The notes under the pieces are model-generated. The model worked only from the letters and a program-made list of their open reading frames with translations. It was not told the DNA's origin and did not search any database. A stretch of 64,000 nucleotides of DNA from Planctomycetota bacterium (GTDB lineage: Bacteria > Planctomycetota > UBA1135 > UBA2386): contig OZ245006.1 in the NCBI GenBank assembly GCA_965223545.1, forward strand, positions 4,800,001 to 4,864,000. The letters run 5' to 3'. The position numbers were made by a program, and so were the translations under genes. Position 1 is the stretch's first letter, and each line of letters starts with the position of its first letter. Positions 48,638 through 58,300 of the stretch are shown piece by piece.

Positions 48638-50329
48638 ATGCAGATCCGCTTCGATCCCCGCGACCTCGTCATCGCCGAGCGCGTTCCCTTCGAGAACCTG
48701 CTCCCCCTCTTCCCCCTCCGGCCAACCGTCCGCGTCCTGATCGTCGCCGACACGTCGGTCAGCTTCACGACCAGCTTCGGTGTGGGCAAAGTCATCGACC
48801 TGATCCGCGCCAACGTCGACGGCTACGTCCGCTTCGACGTCGACCTGGCCCGCCTCGGTGTGCAGGGCTCGACCCTGCTCGTCGACAGCACTCCCGGCGC
48901 CAAGGAGGCCAAGTACACCAACTTCCGCTTCTCGAGTCAGGTCAACGGCGATCACGTGCTCGACGACTACGATGAGGTCTGGTGCTTCGGCTTCGCGCCC
49001 GGCAACGACGGCTCGTCGGACGATGGCAACATCAGCTCGAGCCCGTACGCCAGCACCGACCAAGACCTGGCGGTGCTGACGCAGTGGATGAACGCGGGGG
49101 GCGGCGTGTTGGCGATGGGCGACCATCACTACCTCGGCGCGGCGATGTGCGGCAGCATCCCGCGCGTGCGGTCGATGCGCCGTTGGTCGAATGCCCAGGG
49201 CGTGCCGCCGATCAACGGGCCGGAGCGGCTCGACACCCACCGCCCGCAAAACCCCGCGCAGGATCCCAGCATCGATCCGACGCCGGACGTGATCCCGTCC
49301 GGCGCGCAGAGCGACGACGTTCCGCAGGTCATCGACTGGAAGCGCTACTCGGTGTGGGCGCCGTTCATCTTCGAGCGCCGCTACCGTCCGCATCCGGTGC
49401 TGTGCGGCGGTGACCTCGGCGTGATCGACGTGCTGCCCGACCACGCGCACGAGGGTTGGATCTACGAAGACCACGAGATCGACTTGGGCGCGACCTACTC
49501 CTTCGCCGGTACGTCCGGCGATGAGTATCCGAGCGCCGGTGGCGCGCAGCCGAGCCCCGAAGTCATCGCCTGGGCGAACACCTTGCCGGACCCGCCCTAC
49601 AACCACGCCAAGGGGCCGGCGCCGGCACGGCGGTTCGGCGTCATCGGTGCCTACGACGGCGATGCCGTCGACGTCGGCCGCGTGCTGGTCGACTCGACCT
49701 GGCACCACTGGATGGACATCAACCTGAATGGCCTCGATGCCGAAAGCCCCGACACCGAGTTCCAGAAGATCGCGCGCTACTTCCGCAACTGCGCCGTGTG
49801 GTTGGCGCGCGAGCACCAGCGGCAGCGGATGCTGCAGTACTCCACCTTCTGGGGGCTGCTGCACGCGACCGCCTTCGAGGAGTTTGGTCCCGCGGCGTCG
49901 CTGCATCTGCTGGGCGGCAAGGCGATCGATGTCATCGGCCGTCTGACCAGCGAGTGCCTGGTGCGCGATTGGATCAATATCTTCGTGCCGGTGCGCCTGC
50001 GCGAGGAGCTGCGCATTCCCCATCCGATCCCGGACCCGTGCTGGAGCTGCCCGCCGTTCGAGTTGCTGCAGCGCGCCGTCCTCGGTGGGGTGGTGGAGCA
50101 GTTCTTGCCGCTGCGGCGCGAGCTGCAGCAGCTGCAGCAAGACCCCGACTGCCGGCCCGATCTGTCGCCGGAGCACTTCGCCGCGGCGGCGGAGAAGGGC
50201 GCGGCGAAGGGCCTCGAAGTGTTCCACGAGGCAGTGTCGGCCAACATCGGGCGCCTGCGTCGGGTCGAGGACCTGCGCGGTGAGCCGTGCCGAGTGCCTG
50301 CCGCGCCTGCGCTGGCGGCGCAGGAGTGA
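48638..50329 (+). CDS. Hypothetical protein with a GATase-like segment
   Basis: Strong GC3 coding bias; YDEVWCFG, WMNAGGGVLAMGDH, GRVLVDSTWHHW. Confidence 0.75.
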   Translation: MQIRFDPRDLVIAERVPFENLLPLFPLRPTVRVLIVADTSVSFTTSFGVGKVIDLIRANVDGYVRFDVDLARLGVQGSTLLVDSTPGAKEAKYTNFRFSSQVNGDHVLDDYDEVWCFGFAPGNDGSSDDGNISSSPYASTDQDLAVLTQWMNAGGGVLAMGDHHYLGAAMCGSIPRVRSMRRWSNAQGVPPINGPERLDTHRPQNPAQDPSIDPTPDVIPSGAQSDDVPQVIDWKRYSVWAPFIFERRYRPHPVLCGGDLGVIDVLPDHAHEGWIYEDHEIDLGATYSFAGTSGDEYPSAGGAQPSPEVIAWANTLPDPPYNHAKGPAPARRFGVIGAYDGDAVDVGRVLVDSTWHHWMDINLNGLDAESPDTEFQKIARYFRNCAVWLAREHQRQRMLQYSTFWGLLHATAFEEFGPAASLHLLGGKAIDVIGRLTSECLVRDWINIFVPVRLREELRIPHPIPDPCWSCPPFELLQRAVLGGVVEQFLPLRRELQQLQQDPDCRPDLSPEHFAAAAEKGAAKGLEVFHEAVSANIGRLRRVEDLRGEPCRVPAAPALAAQE

Positions 50330-50450
50330 GCGGCAGCGGTCTGCTCGCCGGCAGACCGGAAGGCGCGCGAGAACGTGGCGGGGTGTCTACCCGTGCCCTC
50401 CAACCGCCGGGGGCCTGTTCGGCCACCGCGCGCACTCATATCATGCACTC

Positions 50451-51899
50451 ATGAGTCGAATTTTCGGGTTTGGGGTTCTCGTGGTGTCGGCCGCAGTTCC
50501 GGCGCAATCTGCTCTGTTCCGCTATCAGCTGGACACGCCTGACAGGGCGACCTTCGCCCCCGCCGGAGATGCGGATGGCGACGGAGTGACGGATTGGTTC
50601 TTGCACCTGTCGTCGACTGCGGGCGATTCCGTCCACCTGTTCTCGGGAGCCGATGGCACCCTCGTCCGGACGCACCGCGCCTCTGTCCTTGCGGTTGCCG
50701 ATGCTCCTCTCGCCGACTTCAACGGTGACGGCCGCGCGGACTACGTGCTGGGGACTGCGTCGGCAGCCTCCGCGGTGTCCGGCGCGACGTCCCAGCCGCT
50801 GTACGGCGTCTCCTACAGCGGCACCGTACCGTTCGTCCGCGAGGCGCAACCGGTCGCGACCGGCGACGTCGATGGCGACGGCGTTCGCGACTTCGCTCTG
50901 GTGTACTCCTCTTCGGCGGGACCGACGCAGATTCAGCAGGTCTCCGCGCGCACCGGCCGTGTCTTGCTGAGCTACACGTCGTCCGCGGGTTTTGTCGGGA
51001 CCAGGCCGGTGTCGCTCGGTGACGTTGACGGTGACGGCGCGGTCGATTTCGGGGTCGTCGCTCTCGGCGGGCGGATCACAACGGTGACGGTTCACTCCAG
51101 CCGGACGGGAGCCGTCTTGGCGTCGCTCGTGAGCGCTGGACTCGCCGCGGCGGACGACGTCAACGGCGACGGGCGGGCCGAGTTCTTCACGATCGATCAG
51201 TCGCTCATGAATCCCGGGCTCGAATTGCGCGATGCGCTGTTGCCGACGCCGTTGGCGCGGTGGAGTCGGTTCGGCCCGCAGACCGTCGCCACCGTGGGTG
51301 ATCTCGATGGAGACGGGGTGCGTGATTTCACGATCGGTCGCGGCAGGGTTGCGACCTTCTACTCAGGCGCGACCCGGGCCACCCTGGCAACCCAGCCTCT
51401 GCTGTTCTACGGCGACTTCCGCGCGATGGGTGACGTCGACGGCGATGGTGCGGTCGACCTCGCGGTGATGTCGGCGCGCGATCTGTACCTGCACACTTCC
51501 GCGACCTTGGACCTGAGCGCGGACACGATGGCGCACAGTGCGTCGACCGCCAGTACCGTGGCACAGACTCTGGTGTTGGACGCCCCGGCCGCACTGGGCG
51601 GCGCGGTGTTCGCGATGTTCGGGTCGTTGTCGGGGACTCGCCCGGGCTTCTCGGTGGGGGGGCTGACGATCCCGCTCAACATTGATGCCTACACGGTGGT
51701 CACCGCGGGTTTGCCTGCCAATGGACTGCTTCAGCCACCGGTGGGGTTGCTCGATCCGCAAGGCGATGCCTGCGTGCTCGTGCTGGTGCCGCCGATCCCG
51801 GCGCTGGCGGGGAGGACTCTGCACCATGCGTACACCGTGCTGAACGCGGCGGGGCTGGTGCACGCCAGTCGGGCGGTGCCCTTCGCGCTGCTGCCCTGA
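50451..51899 (+). CDS. FG-GAP-repeat secreted protein with shared C-terminal module
   Basis: Seven D.[DN]GDG..[DE] repeats; signal peptide. Confidence 0.88.
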   Translation: MSRIFGFGVLVVSAAVPAQSALFRYQLDTPDRATFAPAGDADGDGVTDWFLHLSSTAGDSVHLFSGADGTLVRTHRASVLAVADAPLADFNGDGRADYVLGTASAASAVSGATSQPLYGVSYSGTVPFVREAQPVATGDVDGDGVRDFALVYSSSAGPTQIQQVSARTGRVLLSYTSSAGFVGTRPVSLGDVDGDGAVDFGVVALGGRITTVTVHSSRTGAVLASLVSAGLAAADDVNGDGRAEFFTIDQSLMNPGLELRDALLPTPLARWSRFGPQTVATVGDLDGDGVRDFTIGRGRVATFYSGATRATLATQPLLFYGDFRAMGDVDGDGAVDLAVMSARDLYLHTSATLDLSADTMAHSASTASTVAQTLVLDAPAALGGAVFAMFGSLSGTRPGFSVGGLTIPLNIDAYTVVTAGLPANGLLQPPVGLLDPQGDACVLVLVPPIPALAGRTLHHAYTVLNAAGLVHASRAVPFALLP

Positions 51900-51932
51900 G
51901 GCAGCGCCGCCTCGCGGCGCAGGAATGATCGG

Positions 51933-52289
51933 TCAGCGGCTCGCCGGCAGGCCTGGAAGGCGCGCGAGCTGCGCCTCCAGGTCGGCGAGTTCGCGCCGCG
52001 CTTGCAGCAGCGGGCTCGCCTGCTCGCTGTAGCGCTGGGCGAGCCGCGCGACCTCGCGTTGGGCCAAGAGATGTTGCCGCTGCAAGTCGGCGACGAGCGC
52101 GCGCTCCTCGCGCTCGCCCATGAGCTTCGCCAGCAGGCCGAGCTCCCGGCGGAGTTCGTCGATCTGCGTGGCCAGCGCGTCCATGGAGCGGGTCAACGGG
52201 GTGGCGTCGGTGGCAAGTGCGTCGGTTGTCGGTGCTGTTTGGCAGGCAGCGATCGCGAGAATGGCAAGCAGAGGTAGAGCGCGGGACAT
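51933..52289 (-). CDS. Small coiled-coil lipoprotein
   Basis: Lipobox IAAC; helical heptads. Confidence 0.65.
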   Translation of the reverse strand: MSRALPLLAILAIAACQTAPTTDALATDATPLTRSMDALATQIDELRRELGLLAKLMGEREERALVADLQRQHLLAQREVARLAQRYSEQASPLLQARRELADLEAQLARLPGLPASR

Positions 52290-52337
52290 GGCCCGATCGT
52301 AGCGTCGCGCCGGAGCGCTGCGCGGTTGCGGTGCGCG

Positions 52338-53504
52338 CTACCCCTCGACCCGGTGCGCGGCGACGAATTCCTCGCGCGGAGTGATGCCGAGTCCCGGCCG
52401 CGTCGGCGCCGGCACGCGGCCGTCGACCGGCGTCCAGTCTTCTTCGATCAAGTCGTGCAGCAGTGGATTCGCGCCCATGCCGAACTCGAGGGTGACCGCG
52501 CTCGGGCTGGCGAAGGCCACGTGCACGCCGGCGGCGGTGCACGCAGCACCGCCCCACAGGTGGGGAGCGAGCTGCAGCCGGTGTGCCGACGCGAGCGCGG
52601 CGATGCGCTGCATCTCGGTGATGCCGCCGACGATCGCGGCGTCGGGTTGCAGCACGTCGACCGCGCGGTGCTCGATCAGCTCGAGGACATCGAAGCGCGT
52701 CGATTCGCTCTCGCCGTAGGCAATCGGGGTGCCGGTGGCGGCGCGCACCGCGGCGGCGCCGCGGCGGTCGTCGCTGGCGACCGGCTCCTCGAGCCAGCGC
52801 AGGCCGAGCTCTTCGGTGGCGCGGCAGAACTGCTTGGCCTCGGGCACCGAGAAGGTGCCGTGCGCGTCGACCATCAGCGCGACCGTCGGTGGCAGCGCTT
52901 CGCGGGCGCGGCGCACGCGGGCGACGCTGGTGGCGACCGCGCCGTCCATGACGCCGGCGCGCATCTTCACCGCGGCAAAGCCCTGGTCGACGTAGCTGGA
53001 GAGCTCGGCGCCGATGCCGTCGGCGTCGGCCCAGCCGCCGCTGGCGTAGGCCGGCAGGGAGTCGCGGCACGCGCCGCCCAACAGGCTCGCCACCGGCACG
53101 CTGAGGCGCTTGCCGAGGAGGTCCCACAGGGCGATGTCGATGCCGCCGATCGCGGCGACGTGCAGCCCGCGCCGGCCGAGCCGCGAGAACGGCCGTCCGT
53201 GTTGCAGCGCGTAGTGGGCGCGCTCGGCGTTGTGCATCCGCTCCCACAGCTTGGTGATCGCGCCGGAGTCCTCGCCGATCAGCGCCGGCGCGAGCTCTTG
53301 CTCGATGCAGGTGACCAGCGCGGCGCAGTGCCCGGCGCTGCCGACGGCGCTCTTGGCCTCGCCCCAGCCGACCGCGCCGTCGTCGGCCTCGACGCGCACC
53401 AGGACCCCGTCGAAGGTGCGCAGCCGGCCGAAGTCCGAGGTGTGCTGCCGTTCCTCCGGCAGGGGGCAGCGCAGCCAGATGGCCTCGATGGCGCGGATCT
53501 TCAT
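52338..53504 (-). CDS. Mandelate racemase/muconate lactonizing enzyme family protein
   Basis: GIDIALWDLLGK, YASGG, KMR, LMVDAH, WLEEP, GESE, QPD, APH. Confidence 0.92.
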   Translation of the reverse strand: MKIRAIEAIWLRCPLPEERQHTSDFGRLRTFDGVLVRVEADDGAVGWGEAKSAVGSAGHCAALVTCIEQELAPALIGEDSGAITKLWERMHNAERAHYALQHGRPFSRLGRRGLHVAAIGGIDIALWDLLGKRLSVPVASLLGGACRDSLPAYASGGWADADGIGAELSSYVDQGFAAVKMRAGVMDGAVATSVARVRRAREALPPTVALMVDAHGTFSVPEAKQFCRATEELGLRWLEEPVASDDRRGAAAVRAATGTPIAYGESESTRFDVLELIEHRAVDVLQPDAAIVGGITEMQRIAALASAHRLQLAPHLWGGAACTAAGVHVAFASPSAVTLEFGMGANPLLHDLIEEDWTPVDGRVPAPTRPGLGITPREEFVAAHRVEG

Positions 53505-53515
53505 GCCACGACGCT

Positions 53516-54403
53516 TCAGCGAATCAGCGGCAGCAGGGTCTCCGCCGCGGTGGCGACCTGGCGCTCGTAGAACGCCTCGGTGAGCACGCTGCTGCCGTGC
53601 TCCTCGACGTAGCGGCGCAGATCTTCGGGCAGCCCGCGCGGGTCGGGATCGACCGCGTCGGGAAACGGGTTGGCCGGGGTGCGATCGATGGGCGGGCAGA
53701 ACTCGAGCGACAGGGGCCCTTGGTAGCCGACGGCGTCGAGCGTCTGCACGATCTTCGGCCAATCCAGCGTGCCCATGCCCGGCGCCATCCGATTGTTGTC
53801 GGCGGCGTGGAAGTCGCACAGCCGGTCCTTGGCGGCGTGGATCGCTGCGTAGATGTCGGTCTCCTCGATGTTCATGTGGAACACGTCGAGGCAGACACCG
53901 CAGTCGGGGCCGACGGCTTCGGCCAGGGCGATCGCCTGGGCACCGCGGTTGATGAAGTAGGTCTCGAAGCGATTGATCGGCTCGATGGCCATGCGCACGC
54001 CGCGGTGTTGCGCGTGGTCGTAGATCTCGCGCAGCCCCTCGACCGCCCAGGCCCATTCCTGCTCCGGCGGCGCATCGGGCATGATCTTGCCGACCGTGCC
54101 CGGCACGATCGACATCTCTTCGCCGTCGAGCTCGGACACCATGGTGATGCAGTCCTTCATGTAGTCGACGGTGGTCGCGCGCACCGAGGCGTCGGCGGCG
54201 AGCAGATTGCGACCGGGCATCATCAGCGTCACCGCGCCGAAGCAGCGCATGCCGAGCTCGGCCAGCAGTGCCCGGATCGCGGCGGTGTCGTGCCGGTCGG
54301 GCTCGCCGCTGATTTCGATGGCTTCGATGCCGTGCTTGGCCATCCGGCGGAGCGCCTGCTCCACCGGTTCGACGCGCATCCAGTTGTGCATCGCGAGATA
54401 CAT
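53516..54403 (-). CDS. Sugar phosphate isomerase/epimerase (D-tagatose 3-epimerase-like)
   Basis: IEPINRFET, LDVFHMNIEE, HAADNNR..PG.G.LDW, GY.G..SLE. Confidence 0.9.
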   Translation of the reverse strand: MYLAMHNWMRVEPVEQALRRMAKHGIEAIEISGEPDRHDTAAIRALLAELGMRCFGAVTLMMPGRNLLAADASVRATTVDYMKDCITMVSELDGEEMSIVPGTVGKIMPDAPPEQEWAWAVEGLREIYDHAQHRGVRMAIEPINRFETYFINRGAQAIALAEAVGPDCGVCLDVFHMNIEETDIYAAIHAAKDRLCDFHAADNNRMAPGMGTLDWPKIVQTLDAVGYQGPLSLEFCPPIDRTPANPFPDAVDPDPRGLPEDLRRYVEEHGSSVLTEAFYERQVATAAETLLPLIR

Positions 54404-54543
54404 GGCGAGCTCCTGCGGTCCAAGTTCGAGACGGGCGAAGCCACCATACCGGCGCGCGGTGGGCCGACAAGGCACGCCCATTCGCGGTGCCGCGCTGCAG
54501 ATGTGCTGAGGGTGTACCGATAGGTCGAACGGAGAAGACTTCG

Positions 54544-54963
54544 ATGGGAAAGGTCACCGCACTGCTGACCGTCGCCGCGCTCGGGTTGGGCGGCTACTGG
54601 GCCTACGACAACCGCGCGTGGATTGCCGCCGAGCTGGGCCTGGGCGAGCTGTCGCCGACGGTGCTGCGCGCGACCGACGCCGCCAAGTCGTCGTACACCC
54701 TGGGCAGTCATGCCTCGAACTACCAGATCCTCGAGCGCCAGCGCCGTGACAGCGGAGGCCGCACGGTCACGGATTGGGTCGCCGAGGAGCATGCCAGCGG
54801 CGCGATCCTGGTCGACTTCGCCTACCGCGTTCCCGACGAAGAGAAGGACCGCCGGTTCACCTTCGAGGTGAGCCGCAGTGCGCAGCACGTCACCCTCGTG
54901 CAAGGCGACGAAGCCCTGGAGCGCAAGTACGGCTTGGCACCGCCGGCAGAGCCAGGGCAGTAG
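54544..54963 (+). CDS. Hypothetical protein with N-terminal membrane anchor
   Basis: GGAG RBS, hydrophobic N-terminus, coding-like codon usage. Confidence 0.65.
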   Translation: MGKVTALLTVAALGLGGYWAYDNRAWIAAELGLGELSPTVLRATDAAKSSYTLGSHASNYQILERQRRDSGGRTVTDWVAEEHASGAILVDFAYRVPDEEKDRRFTFEVSRSAQHVTLVQGDEALERKYGLAPPAEPGQ

Positions 54964-54970
54964 CGCCGCC

Positions 54971-55819
54971 TCAGCCGGTCAACTTCGCCATCGCCTGCAG
55001 CGCCGCGAACCCACACAGCAGCCCGCCGGCCAAGAACACGGCGCGCGCCGGGTGGCGGCACTCTGCCAGCAGCGGCTTCAAGAACGCCACCAGCGGGCGC
55101 GGCCGCGCCGCGAGCACGCACGAGACCGCGATCAGCCAGAGACCGACCGGCGCGATCAAGTAGTGGCCGCTGCGCACCACGTGCTGGAACGTGGCGACCG
55201 GGTCGAAGTGCGACAGCCGGATGCATGCGATGCGCTCGGCGGCCCACGCCAACTCGATCGGCAGCTGCAGGGCGAGCTCGGGGTTGGCGACCACCGCGTC
55301 GGCGGCGAACCGTACCGCGATCGCCGGCCAGACCACGGCGGCCGTGAGCAGCGGAACGTAGACCACCAGCATCGCCGGCCACCGCAGCCACTGTTGCGCG
55401 GCGTGCGTCGCATCGGCGCGTTGGCTCGCGCTGAGCGAATACGAGGCGCGGGCGGCGACGAAGGCGCCGAGCACGCCGATCCACCAGTACGGCGGCAGCG
55501 CGAACGCCAGCATGAGCAGACCCAGCGACAGGTAGGCGAGGTGCCAGTCCTGGCGCTCGGGCAGCACCGATGCGGCCGGCGGACGGTCGGCCGCGGGCGC
55601 CGCCAGCGCTCCCCATCCGGCCGGCTCGCCGATTCGTTCGAGCACCGCTTGCAGCACCGGCGCCGACACCGGCTCGCGCGAACCGGCGAGGGCGACCTCG
55701 ATGTGGTCGCGCACGTCGCGTTCGACCTCCGCCGCATCGGCGCTGCCGCGCAGCGCACGGCGCAGGCCGTCGAGATAGCCGTCGAGGAGTGGGCGGGCTT
55801 GGGCGTGAAGGCGCTTCAT
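54971..55819 (-). CDS. Membrane protein with N-terminal HAAS-like domain
   Basis: YLDGLRRAL..EV..DVRDHIE..L.RIGEP, then TMs; coupled to padR. Confidence 0.75.
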   Translation of the reverse strand: MKRLHAQARPLLDGYLDGLRRALRGSADAAEVERDVRDHIEVALAGSREPVSAPVLQAVLERIGEPAGWGALAAPAADRPPAASVLPERQDWHLAYLSLGLLMLAFALPPYWWIGVLGAFVAARASYSLSASQRADATHAAQQWLRWPAMLVVYVPLLTAAVVWPAIAVRFAADAVVANPELALQLPIELAWAAERIACIRLSHFDPVATFQHVVRSGHYLIAPVGLWLIAVSCVLAARPRPLVAFLKPLLAECRHPARAVFLAGGLLCGFAALQAMAKLTG

Positions 55820-56160
55820 TTGGTGGACTCCGTCAGCGTGGTGATCTGCGTGGTCAGTCGTCTCCAGTAGGCATTCATGCCGCGCAAGGCGGCGCGGCCG
55901 GCCGGCGTCAACGAGTAGTACTTGCGCGGCGGTCCCTGCTCCGACTCGCGGATGGTGGCTTCGAGCAGTCCCTCCCGCCGCAGCCGGCTGAGGATCGGGT
56001 AGACGGTGCCCTCCTGGACGACGAGCCCGTCGACCGCGCTGAGCGCGCGCACCAGGTCGTAGCCGTATTGGGCGCCGCGGCACAGGGAGTTGAGCAGGCA
56101 GAGCTCGAGCAAGCCCTTGCGCAGCTGCGTCACCCAGTTGGCCGGCACTGGATCCGACAT
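55816..56160 (-). CDS. PadR-family transcriptional regulator
   Basis: QLRKGLLELCLL, YGYDL, EGTVYPILSRL, GPPRKYYSLT..G. Confidence 0.93.
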   Translation of the reverse strand: MSDPVPANWVTQLRKGLLELCLLNSLCRGAQYGYDLVRALSAVDGLVVQEGTVYPILSRLRREGLLEATIRESEQGPPRKYYSLTPAGRAALRGMNAYWRRLTTQITTLTESTK

Positions 56161-56168
56161 GGCCCCAC

Positions 56169-56196
56169 TACTATGCGATGCCAGGTATCTTGTCAA
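56169..56196 (-). promoter_or_regulatory. Putative padR promoter (-35 TTGACA) with overlapping imperfect inverted repeat
   Basis: TGTCAA at 56191-96; TACTA-N9-AGGTA at 56169-87, just upstream of the ATG. Confidence 0.5.
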
Positions 56197-56229
56197 GTGG
56201 AGAACCGCTGGACGCCACAGGGCCTGAGG

Positions 56230-57087
56230 TCAGCCGGCGAGGAACGGCGCGAGCTGAGCGGCTACCGCTGCCGGCGACTCGAGGTGCACATGGTGTCCGC
56301 CGTCGATCTCGGCGATTCGCAGCGCGCGCATCGTCGCTGCGACGCGGTCCAGGACACCGGGCGGAAACCGGTAGCCGCCGCGCGGGCGCAACAGCAGGGC
56401 CGGGCACTGCACCGCTGCCAAGAACGCCTGCATGTGTGCGTCGGCCAAGCGCAGCGGCGGGCCCACGGCGATGCGCGGGTCGCGGGCCCAAGTCCAACCG
56501 CCGTCGTCGAGTTGCCGCGTGGCGCGGGTGGCGAGCAAGGCGGCGGCCGCAGCGGGCAGGTCCAGCGCCTCGGCGAGCCGCGCCGCGGCTGCTTCGATGC
56601 GGTCGAACCGCCGGGTCTCACGGGCGGCATTGGCGTCGCGACGACCGACGAACTCGGCCAGCCGCGCCGGTGCCTCCGCCGCCGGTTGGGTGCGCGGGCT
56701 GACGCCGTCGATCAGCGCGAGCCGAGTCACCCGCGTGGGCCAGCTGCCGGCGAGGGCGACACCCAAGCCGGCGCCGAGCGAGTGGCCCAGGATCGCGCAG
56801 CGATCCCAGCCCAGCGCGTCGCACGCGTCGCGCACGTCCACGACCCAGTCGAGGAACTGGTAGTTGGTGCCGGGGGGCAGCCAGTCCGACCGGCCGTGAC
56901 CGGTGAGGTCGAGGGCGACCACCCGCAGATCGGCGAGCAGAGGTGCCAGGGTCGCGAACGATGCCGCCGAGTCCATCCAGCCGTGCAGCGCCAGCACGCG
57001 CGCCCCGTCTTTCGGACCGAAGGCCAGCGCCGCGAGGCGCCGGTGCGGCAGCTGGAGCGAGAGCTCGGTGACCCCCGCCGCGGTCAC
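56230..57087 (-). CDS. Alpha/beta fold hydrolase
   Basis: LHGWMDS, DLTGHGRS, GHSLG, GGHHVH. Confidence 0.9.
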   Translation of the reverse strand: MTAAGVTELSLQLPHRRLAALAFGPKDGARVLALHGWMDSAASFATLAPLLADLRVVALDLTGHGRSDWLPPGTNYQFLDWVVDVRDACDALGWDRCAILGHSLGAGLGVALAGSWPTRVTRLALIDGVSPRTQPAAEAPARLAEFVGRRDANAARETRRFDRIEAAAARLAEALDLPAAAAALLATRATRQLDDGGWTWARDPRIAVGPPLRLADAHMQAFLAAVQCPALLLRPRGGYRFPPGVLDRVAATMRALRIAEIDGGHHVHLESPAAVAAQLAPFLAG

Positions 57088-58181
57088 GCCTTCTCCACGA
57101 GCTCGAGGAAGCGGCGCAGGTGATCGGCATAGCCCGCCGGGTCGGTCACCCAGACGCGGCCGTGCGTCGCCGTTGGATGCATCCACAGCAGCTTGGCCTC
57201 GGCACGGGTGGGCAGGCTGTCGAAGAGTGCGTGCACCGCGGTGGGTGGCACGCGACGGTCTTGGCCGCCGCCGACCAGCAGCACCGGTGTCGTCGGCGGC
57301 AGCTGGCGCAGGCCGTCGCCCGGACAACAGTCGGCGAAGCGAACGCCGGACCACAGCTGCAGGCTCTGCAGCACCAGCCAGCGGAAGGGGTGCGGCAAGT
57401 GGAGGCCGCGGCGTCCGGGCTTCGGCGCCGTGGCGAACATGCGGTCGGCGGTTTGCAGCACCGAGTCGATCGGTGCGTCGAGGATCACGCCGTCGACGCG
57501 CGGCAAGTGCGGCAGGGCCATGCCGATCGCGGCGGTGCCCAGGCTGACGCCGAACAGCACGAACGGCACGTCGGCGCTTCCCGGTCGAGAGCGCACCCAG
57601 TCCGCTGCGGCGATGACGTCTTGCGCCTCCCCGGCGCCGAACGTGGTGACGGCTTCGCCGCTGCCGCCGTGGTTGCGCAGCTCGAGCAGCAGCACCGCGC
57701 AGCCCAGTTCGCGCAGCATCGCGCCGACCGGCTCCAGCTCCAGGCCGCCGCGAAACAGACCGTGGACCATGACCACCGTCGCGCGCGCCGGCGAGCGCGT
57801 CGGCGGCACCCAAAACGCCCGCAGCGACAAGCCGTCGCCCGCGGTCAGGGTCACGGTTTCGCCGAGCGGATCGCCCCGGTCATCGCCCGCTGCCAGCGAC
57901 GCGCGGGTCTGCACCAGCCAGCTGCCGTCGGCGTCCGCCCGCGGACCGGTGTAGCCGGCTTCGTCGCGCCGCGTTCCCGCCATGTGGCTGCCCAGCCAGC
58001 CGAATGTCAGCGGGACGGTCAGGCCGAGGTGCAGCACGGCCAGCCCGAGGTGAGCCCACAGCACGCGCCGCCAGAAGCGCGTGGGCCGAACTCCGGCCAG
58101 GTACAGCACCGTCCAGAGCACGACCGCCAGGAGCAAGGTGCAGACGAGCAGTGCGCCGGCGACCATCAGGTAGAAGCTCAC
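57084..58181 (-). CDS. Membrane-anchored alpha/beta hydrolase
   Basis: N-terminal TMs; VHG, RNHGGS, GVSLG, GGQD, ATHG. Confidence 0.85.
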   Translation of the reverse strand: MSFYLMVAGALLVCTLLLAVVLWTVLYLAGVRPTRFWRRVLWAHLGLAVLHLGLTVPLTFGWLGSHMAGTRRDEAGYTGPRADADGSWLVQTRASLAAGDDRGDPLGETVTLTAGDGLSLRAFWVPPTRSPARATVVMVHGLFRGGLELEPVGAMLRELGCAVLLLELRNHGGSGEAVTTFGAGEAQDVIAAADWVRSRPGSADVPFVLFGVSLGTAAIGMALPHLPRVDGVILDAPIDSVLQTADRMFATAPKPGRRGLHLPHPFRWLVLQSLQLWSGVRFADCCPGDGLRQLPPTTPVLLVGGGQDRRVPPTAVHALFDSLPTRAEAKLLWMHPTATHGRVWVTDPAGYADHLRRFLELVEKA

Positions 58182-58300
58182 GCTCGTGTCATACGCGACC
58201 CTGTCATCGGCCGCCAATCCACCTCGCAGTTGGGCGTGCACCTTGCCGCGGTGCCTGCTAGCGTGCGCGTCTTCGCGCAACCGCGTGCGGAGGTCCACCG

